Assembly (NCBI GenBank): GCA_964535755.1
Contig: CAZHTI010000001.1
Coordinates: 20,720-84,719, forward strand
Direction: 5' to 3'
Origin: an uncultured Salinisphaerales bacterium
Lineage (GTDB): Bacteria; Pseudomonadota; Gammaproteobacteria; Nevskiales; Nevskiaceae
Length of the DNA: 64,000 bases
Shown: positions 8,984-18,559 of the stretch, piece after piece
Numbering within the stretch: the first letter of the stretch is position 1
How the letters are laid out: every line of letters starts with the position of its first letter
Made by a program: the position numbers and the translations under genes
Notes under the pieces: generated by a model
Seen by the model: the letters and a program-made list of their open reading frames with translations, nothing else
Databases searched by the model: none
Told to the model about the DNA's origin: nothing

Positions 8984-11710
8984 TCACTTCAACATTGTCG
9001 TCATCCGCGAGATGCGCTCGGCTTGGATGCGATTGAGGTTGCGGAATACGGTGGCAGCGATGCGTGGGTGACGGGTGCGCAGGCGCTCTAGGTCTTGGCT
9101 ATCAAAACGCAGCAGGCGCGCGGCGGTGAGCGCATCGACATTCGCCGTCCGGCGCTGGCCGAAGTAGCCCGCTTCGCCCATCACCGCACCACGGCCCATG
9201 CTGGAGAGCAGCTTGCGTTCGCCTTCGCGCTCCACCCAAGCCTGCAACTGGCCATCGACCACGACGTAGATGTCGCGGGCGTAATCGCCCTCGGTGATGA
9301 GCCGAGTGCCGGGGGCGACTTGTTCTAGGTTCGACAGCAGTGCGAAGGTGCGCGCCTGCCGCAGCGACAGGCCGGAGAGCAAGGGGATGGTGTGTTGCGG
9401 GCTGCGGCCCAAGTCCAGCCTGAGCAAATCCCAAATGGTGACGATGCGCACCAGCGAGGCCAGCGCGGGGGTGAGGGTGATGTCGCAAACCCAGGACAAG
9501 AACAGGGTCGCAGCGGCCAGCCAGCCAAACTGGATTTGGCTCTTCATGTCCGAGCCAGTGAACACCAAAAAGCCTAGGCAGAGGGCGATCATCGTCAGGG
9601 TGATTGGCCGCAGCACGCCGCTCAAGGCGTGGCGCACGGCTTGCTCCTCGGAGCCACGGTTTCTGGCCTCCTCGTTGAAGCGCACCATGTAGTGGATGGT
9701 GTCGTCCACAGAAATGCCCAAAACGATGCTGGCGATCAGGCAGGTGGTGGGCGTGAGGCCGATGCCGGTGATGCTCAAGAGCCCGAAGTAAATCGCCACT
9801 GGCGTGAGGTTGGGCAGCAGGGCAACGAGTGCAGCGCGCGGCGAGGTGAAGATCACCGCCAACACCGCCCAAATGAAGAACACGGTGAGTGCGACGGTCT
9901 TCCATTGGCCGGAGGTCAGGTCGGCCACGGTGCGGGTGGCGAGCAAGCTGGTGCCGGTGAGATGCGCGTTGAGCGGCGGCGGCAGTGCGCGCAATTGCGC
10001 CTCGACGCGCTGGGAGAAATCACTCAGCGTGGTGGCGTCATCGACCTTCAGGCGCACCACGAGCTGGGCGGTCATGAACTGCGCGTCGAGCAAGGTGTTG
10101 AGCTGGTCGCCACCGCCAAAGATGAGGATTTGCTTGATGGCCGCAGCTTCATTCGGGATGACCGCAGCATCGGCGCGACCATCGTTGAAGCTGCGGTTGA
10201 GCAGCTTGAGCAAGTCCGGATAACCGTACACCGCGCCGACTTCCGGCTGTGTGCGCAGCCACTCGGCGAGGGCATCTAAACGCCGGGTCAGCGCCGGGTC
10301 GGCGAGGGAGTCGGCGACGTTGGTTTCCACCAAGACCGTGAGCAGATTGGCACCGGCGAACTGGGCATTGATGGCCTCGTAGTCCATGCGCACGGCGCTG
10401 TCCTCCGGAAAGCCACGGACGAACTCAGCGCTGGGCTTGAGGTTGGTCGAGAGCAGCAGGCCAGTGAGCATCAAGACCACCGCAGTGCCGATGATCAGCG
10501 CGCGCTGTCGGATGGCAAAGCCGGCGAGCTTCTGCGCGGTCTTCTCGTAGAGCGGGCCGGTCGGGCACGGCAGGCGGCCATGCCCCATCAATTGCACCAA
10601 GGCGGGCAGCAGGGTGAGGGTGAGCACCATCGCCATCAGCATGCCAATTGCCGAGAGCAGCGCGAACTGTCGGATCGCCGGCAAGCCGTTGCTGAGTAGG
10701 GCCAAAAAGCCCACGCTGGTGGTAACGGCGTTGAGCATCAGTGGCATTGCGCCGTGCTGCGTGGCTTGCAGCACCCGCTGGCTGAGCGCCTGCGCGGGGC
10801 CATCGGCGTCCTTAATGCACTCCGATAGCCAATGGATGGCGTAGCACAGCCCTTGGGTGACGACCAACACCGGCGTGAGCGCGGTGAGCAGATGCAGGCT
10901 GTAGCCCATGCCGCGCATCAGGGCGAAGGTGCAGAGCATCGCCACCGCTACGGTCAGCGTGCCCGCGAGCGCAAGGCGCAGGTCGCGGAAGGAAGCAATC
11001 AGCACCACCACAATCACTAAAAACACTGCGGGCACGGTGACCGTGAAGGTCTTTTGCAGTGCAGCAGCGGTGGCTTGCTTGACCACCGGCACGCCGGTTA
11101 CCCGAACCTCGGCCACACCGCTTGCCGCACGCGCCAGTTGAATCAGCCGATGCGGATAGCCAGCGGCTTGAAACTCGCGCTCGTCCATGCCCGCGAGCGT
11201 GAGTGCGAAGGCGGTCTCCAAGCCGTCCTCAGACACCAAACCGCTGCGATAGACCGGGTTGTCCTGCAATTGCTGCCGGAGCTGCGGGATGCTCGCCGGA
11301 GCTGCTGCGGCTTGCTCGGTAAAGGTGGAGACCTCCAAGTCCTCAGCGCTCGCAAGCAGGTTGGGGGCAGTCGCCAGCGAGAACACGCTGACCACACCCG
11401 CCTGCGCTTGCAGGGATTCGGTGATTGCTGCGACGGCGGCGAGACTCTCGGCGCTGAACACCGGCTGCTTGAAGCGCACCGTCAGCAGCAGCGGGTCGCC
11501 GTCCCCAAACGTGGCGCGAGCGCGCTCATAAATGCGGCGGTCTTCGTCCTGTGCGGGGAGCAGGCGCTCCATCGAGGGGTCGATGCGCAGTGCCAAACGG
11601 CGCGCTGGCCAATCGACGCAAGCGGCAGCCAGCAGCGCGCAGAGCACGGCGAAGAACGCGAGCGTCTTCCATGGGTGTTGCTGTAGCCATAAGAGCTTGC
11701 GCATCAGCAT
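8984..11710 (-). CDS. MMPL/RND-superfamily exporter fused to a C-terminal cyclic-nucleotide-binding domain
   Basis: 908-aa ORF. Two blocks of TM helices with two large loops, and an RND/SSD-type motif GISVDDTIHYMVRF. The last ~132 aa (nt 8987-9382) read as a cNMP-binding domain (YVVVDGQLQAWV...GRGAVMGEAGYFGQRRTANVDAL). Confidence 0.85.
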   Translation of the reverse strand: MLMRKLLWLQQHPWKTLAFFAVLCALLAAACVDWPARRLALRIDPSMERLLPAQDEDRRIYERARATFGDGDPLLLTVRFKQPVFSAESLAAVAAITESLQAQAGVVSVFSLATAPNLLASAEDLEVSTFTEQAAAAPASIPQLRQQLQDNPVYRSGLVSEDGLETAFALTLAGMDEREFQAAGYPHRLIQLARAASGVAEVRVTGVPVVKQATAAALQKTFTVTVPAVFLVIVVVLIASFRDLRLALAGTLTVAVAMLCTFALMRGMGYSLHLLTALTPVLVVTQGLCYAIHWLSECIKDADGPAQALSQRVLQATQHGAMPLMLNAVTTSVGFLALLSNGLPAIRQFALLSAIGMLMAMVLTLTLLPALVQLMGHGRLPCPTGPLYEKTAQKLAGFAIRQRALIIGTAVVLMLTGLLLSTNLKPSAEFVRGFPEDSAVRMDYEAINAQFAGANLLTVLVETNVADSLADPALTRRLDALAEWLRTQPEVGAVYGYPDLLKLLNRSFNDGRADAAVIPNEAAAIKQILIFGGGDQLNTLLDAQFMTAQLVVRLKVDDATTLSDFSQRVEAQLRALPPPLNAHLTGTSLLATRTVADLTSGQWKTVALTVFFIWAVLAVIFTSPRAALVALLPNLTPVAIYFGLLSITGIGLTPTTCLIASIVLGISVDDTIHYMVRFNEEARNRGSEEQAVRHALSGVLRPITLTMIALCLGFLVFTGSDMKSQIQFGWLAAATLFLSWVCDITLTPALASLVRIVTIWDLLRLDLGRSPQHTIPLLSGLSLRQARTFALLSNLEQVAPGTRLITEGDYARDIYVVVDGQLQAWVEREGERKLLSSMGRGAVMGEAGYFGQRRTANVDALTAARLLRFDSQDLERLRTRHPRIAATVFRNLNRIQAERISRMTTMLK

Positions 11711-11813
11711 GCTTGCAGGCTCGGGCTGTGGCCTAGGTCGAGCACCTCAGCAGCCCAGCAAGAGGCGATCCAGACAGGACTGCGGTAGGGCATGCAGGCA
11801 CTCGGTGGGCAAG

Positions 11814-12608
11814 CTAGCCGCCCACGAAAAAGTTTCGAGGGTCAAAGTAACGCTTTGCAAGATCCTCGCCACTTTTCACACCGGTGATTTTCAAGTGCGT
11901 CTCGGTGCCGGTTCTGAGGTCTTGCATGCTCGCAGCGGAGGCGTACCAAGAGCTGCCGGATTTGGCCAAGCTGGCGACCGGTGCGGTCATCCGTTTGCGG
12001 GCAGTTTTGCCCTCGATGAATTCGACTTTGACGGCGACGCAGCTGGCCTCATCAACCCAAGCGCGGATTTGGCTGTAGCTACCGGCGCTGGCGGCGGCTG
12101 GCTTCATCGACAAAATCTTGGCGTTACGGCCTTCGATGCGTTCGCTGCCTTGCAGCGCCACCTGATTGCCGTCGAACGCATTGTGCAGTTGCTTTACTTC
12201 CGCATAGGAGAAATCGGTGCCGAACAAAGCACCCTCGCTGGCCGTGCCGCGCACGCGGCGCACTTTGTTGAGGGCTGGGAGGTAGACAAAAATGTCGTCG
12301 TCCTTCTCGCCTTCGCGCAGCAGGTAGGCGGCGTCTTTGAGGTCTGGAGGGGAGCCCAGCTTAATCATCGCCCGCAGCAGCGCGCCCTCGCGCTTGGCGT
12401 ATAAGCGGCCGCGCAGCAGGCGCTCGCGTTTGCTGCGGTCCACCGTGCGCAGCTCAAACTCTTGAATGCGCACGCTGGTGGGGATGTTCTGACGCATGCA
12501 ATCCATCAGCTTGGTCTCAGCCTCGCCGGCGCGGGTCGCTGGCGCGATCAAGCACAGTGAAGCGGTCATCAGGAGGCTCAACAGGGCGTGGCGCAGGCGC
12601 TTAGTCAT
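11814..12608 (-). CDS. Outer-membrane lipoprotein-sorting (LolA-like) protein, usual partner of MMPL exporters
   Basis: 264-aa ORF with signal peptide MTKRLRHALLSLLMTASLCLIAPATRA. General resemblance to the LolA-like family commonly encoded next to HpnN/MMPL transporters; located directly upstream of the MMPL gene. Confidence 0.7.
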   Translation of the reverse strand: MTKRLRHALLSLLMTASLCLIAPATRAGEAETKLMDCMRQNIPTSVRIQEFELRTVDRSKRERLLRGRLYAKREGALLRAMIKLGSPPDLKDAAYLLREGEKDDDIFVYLPALNKVRRVRGTASEGALFGTDFSYAEVKQLHNAFDGNQVALQGSERIEGRNAKILSMKPAAASAGSYSQIRAWVDEASCVAVKVEFIEGKTARKRMTAPVASLAKSGSSWYASAASMQDLRTGTETHLKITGVKSGEDLAKRYFDPRNFFVGG

Positions 12609-12705
12609 TTTCTTGTTCTGATGTGGGGCCGGATTACTGCGGCGCGCGCAGTTTAGCGCTGCTGCCGGACTATCCTGAACCTATCGGCCACTAGGGAGCA
12701 GAGCA

Positions 12706-13707
12706 GTGTTCAATATCATCGGCGCGGGTGCGGTCGGCAGCAGCCTCATGGCGTACTTGGTCGCGGCGGGCCACGAAGTCCGGCTCTATGCGCGCAGCAA
12801 GGACGAACCGGCGTTTGCGGCCTGCGACAGCGTACGCGTGCAGACGGTGAAGGGCGGGCAGATGCGCGTGGCTCGGCCCGCCCTCACCGCTAGTCTGCTC
12901 AACAATGACTGCCCCGTGTTGGTGCTGGCGACCAAGTTCGCGGCACTCGATGCGCTGATCCAGCAATTGCGCGATGAGGGTGCGGGCGATGGTGCGGGTT
13001 GGTGCTTGCTCTCGACCCTCAATGGCATCAGCAGCCTGCCAAAGTTGCGCAGAGCCTTCCCGGCAGCCCAGGTGCTGCCGCTGACCATCATGTTCAACGC
13101 GCAGCTCACTGCGCCCTTGCAGACCACGCTCACCACCAAGCCGCGTGTGGTGCTCGGCGGCGGTGGCTCCGCAGTTGCGCTACTCCAAGCCCTAAAACGC
13201 ACTGAGCTCACCGTCCAGAGCGCAGCAGGCGAGCAAGCGGTGTACGGCAAGCTCTTGATTAACCTCGGCAATGCGCTGGGCACGCTGACCCACAGCACGT
13301 TTCGAGATTTGTTCTCTGATCCCGCGCTAAGGCGCGCGCAGGTGGCAGTCATGGATGAGGCCGTCGCCTGCTTTGAGCAAAACCAGCGCGCTTGGCGGCT
13401 GCCAGCGCCCCTGCCCTATGCGGTCTACCGCAGCCTGCTACTGCACGGTGGGCCACTGCCTTGGTGGATGGCCAAAATCAACAACGGCCTCGGTGACGGC
13501 GCTTATCCGAGCATGGTCAGTGACTTCCGCCAAGGTAAGCCCACGGAGATTGACCAGCTCAATGGCGAAATCCTGCGGCTTGCCGCCGCAACAGGCGGCA
13601 GCGCGCCGGTCAATGCGGCGGTCGTCGAGCTACTGAGAGGTCGTACCGCCAGCCAAGCGCCGATGAGCGCTGAGCAGCTGCTGCAGCGCTTGCCGATAAC
13701 CGCCTAG
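12706..13707 (+). CDS. 2-dehydropantoate 2-reductase family (ApbA/PanE) oxidoreductase
   Basis: GTG start at 12706 with AGGGAG 7 nt upstream. N-terminal Rossmann motif IIGAGAVGS; C-terminal KPTEIDQLNGEI typical of ketopantoate reductases. Confidence 0.8.
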   Translation: MFNIIGAGAVGSSLMAYLVAAGHEVRLYARSKDEPAFAACDSVRVQTVKGGQMRVARPALTASLLNNDCPVLVLATKFAALDALIQQLRDEGAGDGAGWCLLSTLNGISSLPKLRRAFPAAQVLPLTIMFNAQLTAPLQTTLTTKPRVVLGGGGSAVALLQALKRTELTVQSAAGEQAVYGKLLINLGNALGTLTHSTFRDLFSDPALRRAQVAVMDEAVACFEQNQRAWRLPAPLPYAVYRSLLLHGGPLPWWMAKINNGLGDGAYPSMVSDFRQGKPTEIDQLNGEILRLAAATGGSAPVNAAVVELLRGRTASQAPMSAEQLLQRLPITA

Positions 13708-13719
13708 CGGAGTGCCGAG

Positions 13720-15609
13720 CTACTCGTCGGCGTCAGGCTTGCGCTTCAGGCCCATACGCGGCTTAGCACCTACCGCCTTGCCGTTGCGGACTTCGTATTT
13801 TTGGCCCGCTGGCCGCGCAGGCTTAGCGGCTTGGTGCTCGCGGCGCACGAAGGGTGCCTTCTCGCCGTAGGGGCGGCTGGCAGAGGGCTTGGCATCGCGC
13901 GCTCCCTTGCCGTAGCGCGGTGCGGCATCGCCCTCGGCGCGGGGCTTGTTGAAGCGCGGGCGCTCGCCGTCTTGGCGTGGCCCAGAGCTGCGGGGGGCGT
14001 CTGGCTTCTTCCAAGCGGGTGCCGGTGCTGCGCCTTCGCGGCCAAAGCGCGGTGCGGACTCAGTGCGGGCAAAGCTCGGCGAACGCGGCTTGAATTGCGG
14101 CCGATCGCCATCACCAGCAGGCGCATCGCGGCCCTTGCTGCTCCAGACCGGTTTGTCGTCGCCAGCACGCGCTGGTTTAGCACTGGCCCAAGCTGAGCCG
14201 CCGCCGTCTGCGCGCGGGCCACGGCGCTCGCTGCCCTCAGCAGGCGCACTGCGCCACGCTGGGCGGTCACTGCGCGGGCCACGCGGGCCGGTGGCACTGG
14301 CATCACCGGAGGGCTTCTTCCAAGCGCTGCCCTCTTCGGATTTGCGCTGCCAAGGGCGCTCGCCCGCAGGCTTATCACCCATGCCACTGGGACGGGGACG
14401 GGCGCGGCTCGGCGCACCGTCGCCCCGTTCAACGTAGCTGCGCTCGCTCTTCGCACCAAAACCGCGTGCCTTGAACTGCTCGCCGTCGCCTCCTGATGAC
14501 TCACTCGCTGCTGGCTTGGCCCAAGGTTTTGGCCGCTCGCTCGCTGCCGTATAGGGCCTTGCACCTGCGGGTGCGCCGGGCTTGCGTGGGCCGGTGCTGC
14601 TAAACGAGCGCTTGGTCTTGGCAGCGGCGCCCGGGCCTTGCTCAAAGCGCTCAGCGCGGCGCTCACCGCGTTCGACTTCTTTGCGCTCTTCCTTGCTGGC
14701 GCGCACCCAGCCGCCTTCCTGCACCGCCTTCTTCTTAGGATTGGGCAAGGCATTGGGGCCAGAGCGGGAGAACTCACTGGTGTTCTTGTGGCTGTCGCGC
14801 ACGCGCTCTGGCAGGCGCTCACTGTGCGGCAGTTGCACGGCGTCTAGCAGCTTGGTGATTTCATCAGCAGTCGCCTCGCGATAGCTGCCGCTCTTGATGC
14901 CACGGCCAAGTTTGATCGGCCCATAGCCGGTGCGAATCAGGCGGTTGACGGTCAGGCCTTGGCTCTCAAACAGGCGGCGAACTTCGCGGTGGCGGCCTTC
15001 TGCGATGGTCACCACAAACCAGTGGTTGGCCCTACCCTGTACCGGCTCGCCTTCGCCATCGTCATCGCTGGTGTCGAGGTCAGGTTCGTTATCGCCAAAG
15101 CGAATGCTGTTGAAGTGCGCCTCGCCGTCTTCCAGGTTCACGCCTTTGCGCAGCTTGCCAAAGGCTTCGTCGCTGACTTCGCCCAGCGCTCGCACAGCGT
15201 ATTCGCGCAGCTGCTCGAAGCTCGGGTGCATCAGGCGGCGCGCCAGCTCACCGTGGTTGGTCAGCAGCAAAAGACCCGAGGTGTTGACGTCCAAGCGGCC
15301 CACGGCAATCCAGCGGCCGGTTTCTAGCTCCGGCAGCTTACGGAACACCGTGCGGCGGCCTTCTGGGTCTTCACGCGTCACCATCTCGCCGGTGCGCTTT
15401 TTGTAGAGCAGCACGCGCATCGGCTCGTTGCCGCTCTTGAGCGAGATGCGCTTGCCGTCGAGCTTTACGGCGTCGGATTCATCCACCTTTTGGCCGACCT
15501 CGGCGGTCGCGCCGTTGACCGTCAAGCGGCCTTCTTGCACCCACTCCTCAATCTCTCGGCGTGAGCCGTAACCGAGACTAGAGAGCAGTTTTTGGATTCT
15601 TTCAGACAT
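13720..15609 (-). CDS. rluB: 23S rRNA pseudouridine synthase RluB with a very long basic low-complexity C-terminal tail
   Basis: S4 domain (RIQKLLSSLGYGSRREIEEW) plus RsuA/RluB catalytic motif GRLDVNTSGLLLLTN in the first ~250 aa. The remaining ~375 aa are Arg/Gly/Pro/Ala/Lys-rich. Confidence 0.9.
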   Translation of the reverse strand: MSERIQKLLSSLGYGSRREIEEWVQEGRLTVNGATAEVGQKVDESDAVKLDGKRISLKSGNEPMRVLLYKKRTGEMVTREDPEGRRTVFRKLPELETGRWIAVGRLDVNTSGLLLLTNHGELARRLMHPSFEQLREYAVRALGEVSDEAFGKLRKGVNLEDGEAHFNSIRFGDNEPDLDTSDDDGEGEPVQGRANHWFVVTIAEGRHREVRRLFESQGLTVNRLIRTGYGPIKLGRGIKSGSYREATADEITKLLDAVQLPHSERLPERVRDSHKNTSEFSRSGPNALPNPKKKAVQEGGWVRASKEERKEVERGERRAERFEQGPGAAAKTKRSFSSTGPRKPGAPAGARPYTAASERPKPWAKPAASESSGGDGEQFKARGFGAKSERSYVERGDGAPSRARPRPSGMGDKPAGERPWQRKSEEGSAWKKPSGDASATGPRGPRSDRPAWRSAPAEGSERRGPRADGGGSAWASAKPARAGDDKPVWSSKGRDAPAGDGDRPQFKPRSPSFARTESAPRFGREGAAPAPAWKKPDAPRSSGPRQDGERPRFNKPRAEGDAAPRYGKGARDAKPSASRPYGEKAPFVRREHQAAKPARPAGQKYEVRNGKAVGAKPRMGLKRKPDADE

Positions 15610-15710
15610 GTGTGCAGCCTCCCGGCTTGCCGCCGGAATGATGAGGATGCGCGGGAGCGCTCCTCGAAGATAAAACCCAGCGCCAGAAACCCAGTGCCAG
15701 ACGGTACCAC

Positions 15711-16499
15711 TTAGTGAATCGTGACGGCCTCTGCGGGTGCTTCGTCGCTCTCGGCAGCGAGTTGCGCGCTCGGGTTCAGGGTGAGTCTGCTGAGTGCGGC
15801 TTCGAGCTGGTCCAAATCTTTAACGGCGGGCAAGTCCGGCAACTGATCCAGCGTCTTCAAATTGAGGTCATCGAGCAGCTGCGCGGTGGTACCGAACAAG
15901 GTCGGCCGCCCAGGGACTTCCTTAACGCCCAACTCGCGGATCCAGCCACGTTCCAGCAGGGTTTTGATGATGTTGCTGGAGACGGCAACGCCACGGATTT
16001 CTTCAATCTCGCCACGGGTAATCGGCTGGCGATAGCAAACCAGCGCGAGGGTTTCCAGCAGCGCGCGGGTGAGCTTGGGCGGCTTGTCCTGCCAGAGGCG
16101 GCCAACGACCTCCGCATGCTCGGCGCGCACTTGGATGCGCCAGCCGCTGGCGACTTCCTTGAGCTCCACCGCCGCCGCTTGCAGGCGCTGCTCCAGGCAC
16201 TCCAAGGCTTGGCGCATCTCGCGCTTGGTGATCAGCGCATCGGGGGCGATCAGCTTGGTCAGGGCGTCGAGCGTCAAGGCTTGGTCCGAGGCCAGCAAAA
16301 GTGCCTCAGCCATGCGCGCAAGCCGCTCGTAGTCCTGAGGCGCGCTGACACTCAGAGCCCCCAAAGGCAAGGTGGATTGCGGCTGGGCAGCGTCGGTAGC
16401 GGGCGCGGGTGCTACGGGCTCGATTGCAGCGGTCGCCTCACCGGTGGCTTCTTGCGCATCCGGCTGCGCGTCTTTGCGTGGGTCAGGGAGTGTGTTCAT
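15711..16499 (-). CDS. scpB: Segregation and condensation protein B
   Basis: 262 aa. ScpB winged-helix motifs (LETLALVCYRQPITRGEIEEIRGV...TLLERGWI). Immediately downstream of scpA. Confidence 0.9.
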   Translation of the reverse strand: MNTLPDPRKDAQPDAQEATGEATAAIEPVAPAPATDAAQPQSTLPLGALSVSAPQDYERLARMAEALLLASDQALTLDALTKLIAPDALITKREMRQALECLEQRLQAAAVELKEVASGWRIQVRAEHAEVVGRLWQDKPPKLTRALLETLALVCYRQPITRGEIEEIRGVAVSSNIIKTLLERGWIRELGVKEVPGRPTLFGTTAQLLDDLNLKTLDQLPDLPAVKDLDQLEAALSRLTLNPSAQLAAESDEAPAEAVTIH

Positions 16500-16503
16500 C
16501 GGT

Positions 16504-17412
16504 CTACTCGAAAGAGGCCTCGTCCAAGCGCAGCGCGGGCTCTGCAGGCTCTTCGCTGGGCTCGGCGTCGTGCTTGGCGGTCACTACGGACAGCCGTACC
16601 GGCTGGAAGGGGCCGTCCTGCACCAGTTGAATCAAAAACAATTTGGTCAGCTCGAGCACGGCCAGCAGCACGACGATGACGCCCGCACGGCCTTCGGCCT
16701 CATCGACCAATTCCATCATCTCGGCGGGGCCTTCGCGCAGGCGGGCAAGCACCGTGGACATGCGCGCACGCACCGAGAGCGGCTCGCGCCCGACTTGGTG
16801 TTTGCTAAACAGTGCGGCGCGTTGCAGCACATCGCGGAAGGCCAGCAGCAGCTCGCGCAGCTCAGGCTTCGGCAAGGGCGCATTGAGCTTGACCACCTCC
16901 GGCTTCGCACTCGCTGCGTGGGTCTCGCGGCCCATGCGCGGCAATTGGTCGATCTGCTCGGCGGCGACCTTGAAGCGCTCGTATTCCTGTAGGCGGCGCA
17001 CCAGCTCCATACGCGGGTCTTCTTCCACCGCGTCCTGCTCGACCGGCTTGGGCAGCAGCATCCGCGACTTAATCTCCGCCAACAGTGCGGCCATCACCAA
17101 ATACTCAGCCGCCAACTCCAAGCGCAGGTCCTTCATCAGCTCTATGTAGCGGACGTACTGCTGGGTAATGGTGTGGACGGGGATGTCCAGAATGTTGAGG
17201 TTCTGGCGGCGAATCAGGTAGAGCAGCAGGTCCAGCGGGCCTTCGAAGGCCTCAAGGAAAATTTGCAAGGCGTCCGGCGGGATGTAGAGGTCATCCGGCA
17301 GCTTCTCCATCGCCTGGCCATTGAGCTTGGGCCGCTGCGGCTCAGCCTCGGCGAGTGCTGCGGTCGGCAGCTCTGGCTCAGGGTTCAGCGGCTCGGCACT
17401 AGCGCTCATCAT
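16504..17412 (-). CDS. scpA: Segregation and condensation protein A
   Basis: 302 aa. FEGPLDLLLYLIRRQNLNILDIPV is the ScpA signature N-terminus. Confidence 0.9.
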   Translation of the reverse strand: MMSASAEPLNPEPELPTAALAEAEPQRPKLNGQAMEKLPDDLYIPPDALQIFLEAFEGPLDLLLYLIRRQNLNILDIPVHTITQQYVRYIELMKDLRLELAAEYLVMAALLAEIKSRMLLPKPVEQDAVEEDPRMELVRRLQEYERFKVAAEQIDQLPRMGRETHAASAKPEVVKLNAPLPKPELRELLLAFRDVLQRAALFSKHQVGREPLSVRARMSTVLARLREGPAEMMELVDEAEGRAGVIVVLLAVLELTKLFLIQLVQDGPFQPVRLSVVTAKHDAEPSEEPAEPALRLDEASFE

Positions 17413-17417
17413 TGGCC

Positions 17418-18413
17418 TTAGGCCGCGACCAAGCCCAAGGCTTCGTGCACACCGGCAAGCGTGGCATTGGCCTTTTCCGCTGCCTTGGCAGCACCTGCTT
17501 GCAGCACCTGCCGCAGATGGGCTTCGTCACCGCGCAGGGCGAGATATTGGCTCTGCACCGGGCGCAAGCACTCCACCACTGCCTCACTCACCGCGGTTTT
17601 GAGGTGGCCGTAACCCTTCCCTACGAAGGCCTCCTCCAAAGCGGCAAAGCTCTGGCCGTTAATCGCCGAGAGGATGCTGAGCAGGTTAGAAACCCCAGGC
17701 TTTTCGCTAGGCGCATAGCGAATCTCCGCGCCCAAGTCGGTCACCGAGCGCTTGATTTTGCGCACGATGACATCGGGGCTATCGAGCAGGTAAATCGCGT
17801 CCGTCTCTGCCTCGCCGGACTTGCTCATCTTGGCCGTGGGCTCTTGCAGGCCCATGATGCGCGCACCCACCGGCGGGATCATCGGCTCTGGCACGGTGAA
17901 TACCGGGCCATAGAGCCCGTTGAAGCGCTGGGCGATGTCCCGGGTCAACTCCAAGTGCTGCTTTTGGTCATCACCCACCGGCACATGGCTGGCTTGGTAG
18001 AGCAGGATGTCCGCCGCCATCAGCACTGGGTAGTCGAACAAACCGGCATTGAGGTTATCGGCATGTTTGGCGGATTTATCTTTGAACTGCGTCATCCGCT
18101 GCAGCTCGCCCATCATGGTGTAGCAGTTGAGAATCCAGCCCAATTGCGAGTGCGCGGGCACATGGCTCTGCACGAACAAGGTGTTCTTGGCTGGGTCCAA
18201 ACCGCAGGCGATGTAGAGCGCTAAAAACTCCAAGCAGCGCTCGCGCAGGACTTTGGGGTCTTGGCGGACGGTAATCGCGTGCAAGTCCACCAGCATGTAG
18301 TAGCAATCAAAGCGCTCAGAGAGCGGCAGCCAGTTCTTGATCGCGCCCAAGTAGTTGCCGAGGGTCAACTTGCCAGAGGGCTGGATGCCAGAAAGTACAG
18401 TTGGGCGAGTCAT
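17418..18413 (-). CDS. trpS: Tryptophan--tRNA ligase
   Basis: ATG at 18413 (M14 of the track ORF). Class I motifs [15 protein letters not shown] (HIGH-type) and KMSKS. Confidence 0.95.
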   Translation of the reverse strand: MTRPTVLSGIQPSGKLTLGNYLGAIKNWLPLSERFDCYYMLVDLHAITVRQDPKVLRERCLEFLALYIACGLDPAKNTLFVQSHVPAHSQLGWILNCYTMMGELQRMTQFKDKSAKHADNLNAGLFDYPVLMAADILLYQASHVPVGDDQKQHLELTRDIAQRFNGLYGPVFTVPEPMIPPVGARIMGLQEPTAKMSKSGEAETDAIYLLDSPDVIVRKIKRSVTDLGAEIRYAPSEKPGVSNLLSILSAINGQSFAALEEAFVGKGYGHLKTAVSEAVVECLRPVQSQYLALRGDEAHLRQVLQAGAAKAAEKANATLAGVHEALGLVAA

Positions 18414-18498
18414 GGCGCGCGTCGAGCACGGTGCGGTAGGCGGGTCGGCCATTATAGAGGAGGCCGGTAGCGCCCCTGCGCACGGCGGCGAATTACCC

Positions 18499-18526
18499 GT
18501 AGGGGCAAGGCATGCCTTGCACCTAC
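18499..18526. repeat. REP-like 28-bp palindrome, copy B
   Basis: gtaggggcaaggcatgccttgcacctac, one arm mismatch. Lies 33 nt downstream of the stop at 18560. Confidence 0.8.
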
Positions 18527-18559
18527 CCGCCCCAATCGCAGACTAGGGTCTATTGACCC

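Noticed and set aside
11532-12404. 290-aa plus-strand ORF opposite the LolA-like gene and the MMPL start
   Set aside because: Antisense shadow ORF. The minus-strand genes have signal peptide and TM logic.
13770-14822. 350-aa alternative-frame ORF inside the rluB tail
   Set aside because: Same strand but a different frame from a continuous RluB ORF. Its Ala/Arg/Pro-rich composition is expected from the repetitive GC-rich DNA.
15714-16679. 321-aa plus-strand ORF opposite scpB/scpA
   Set aside because: Antisense to two recognisable genes; no motifs.
17412-18224. 270-aa plus-strand ORF opposite trpS
   Set aside because: Antisense to trpS, which has clear class I synthetase motifs.
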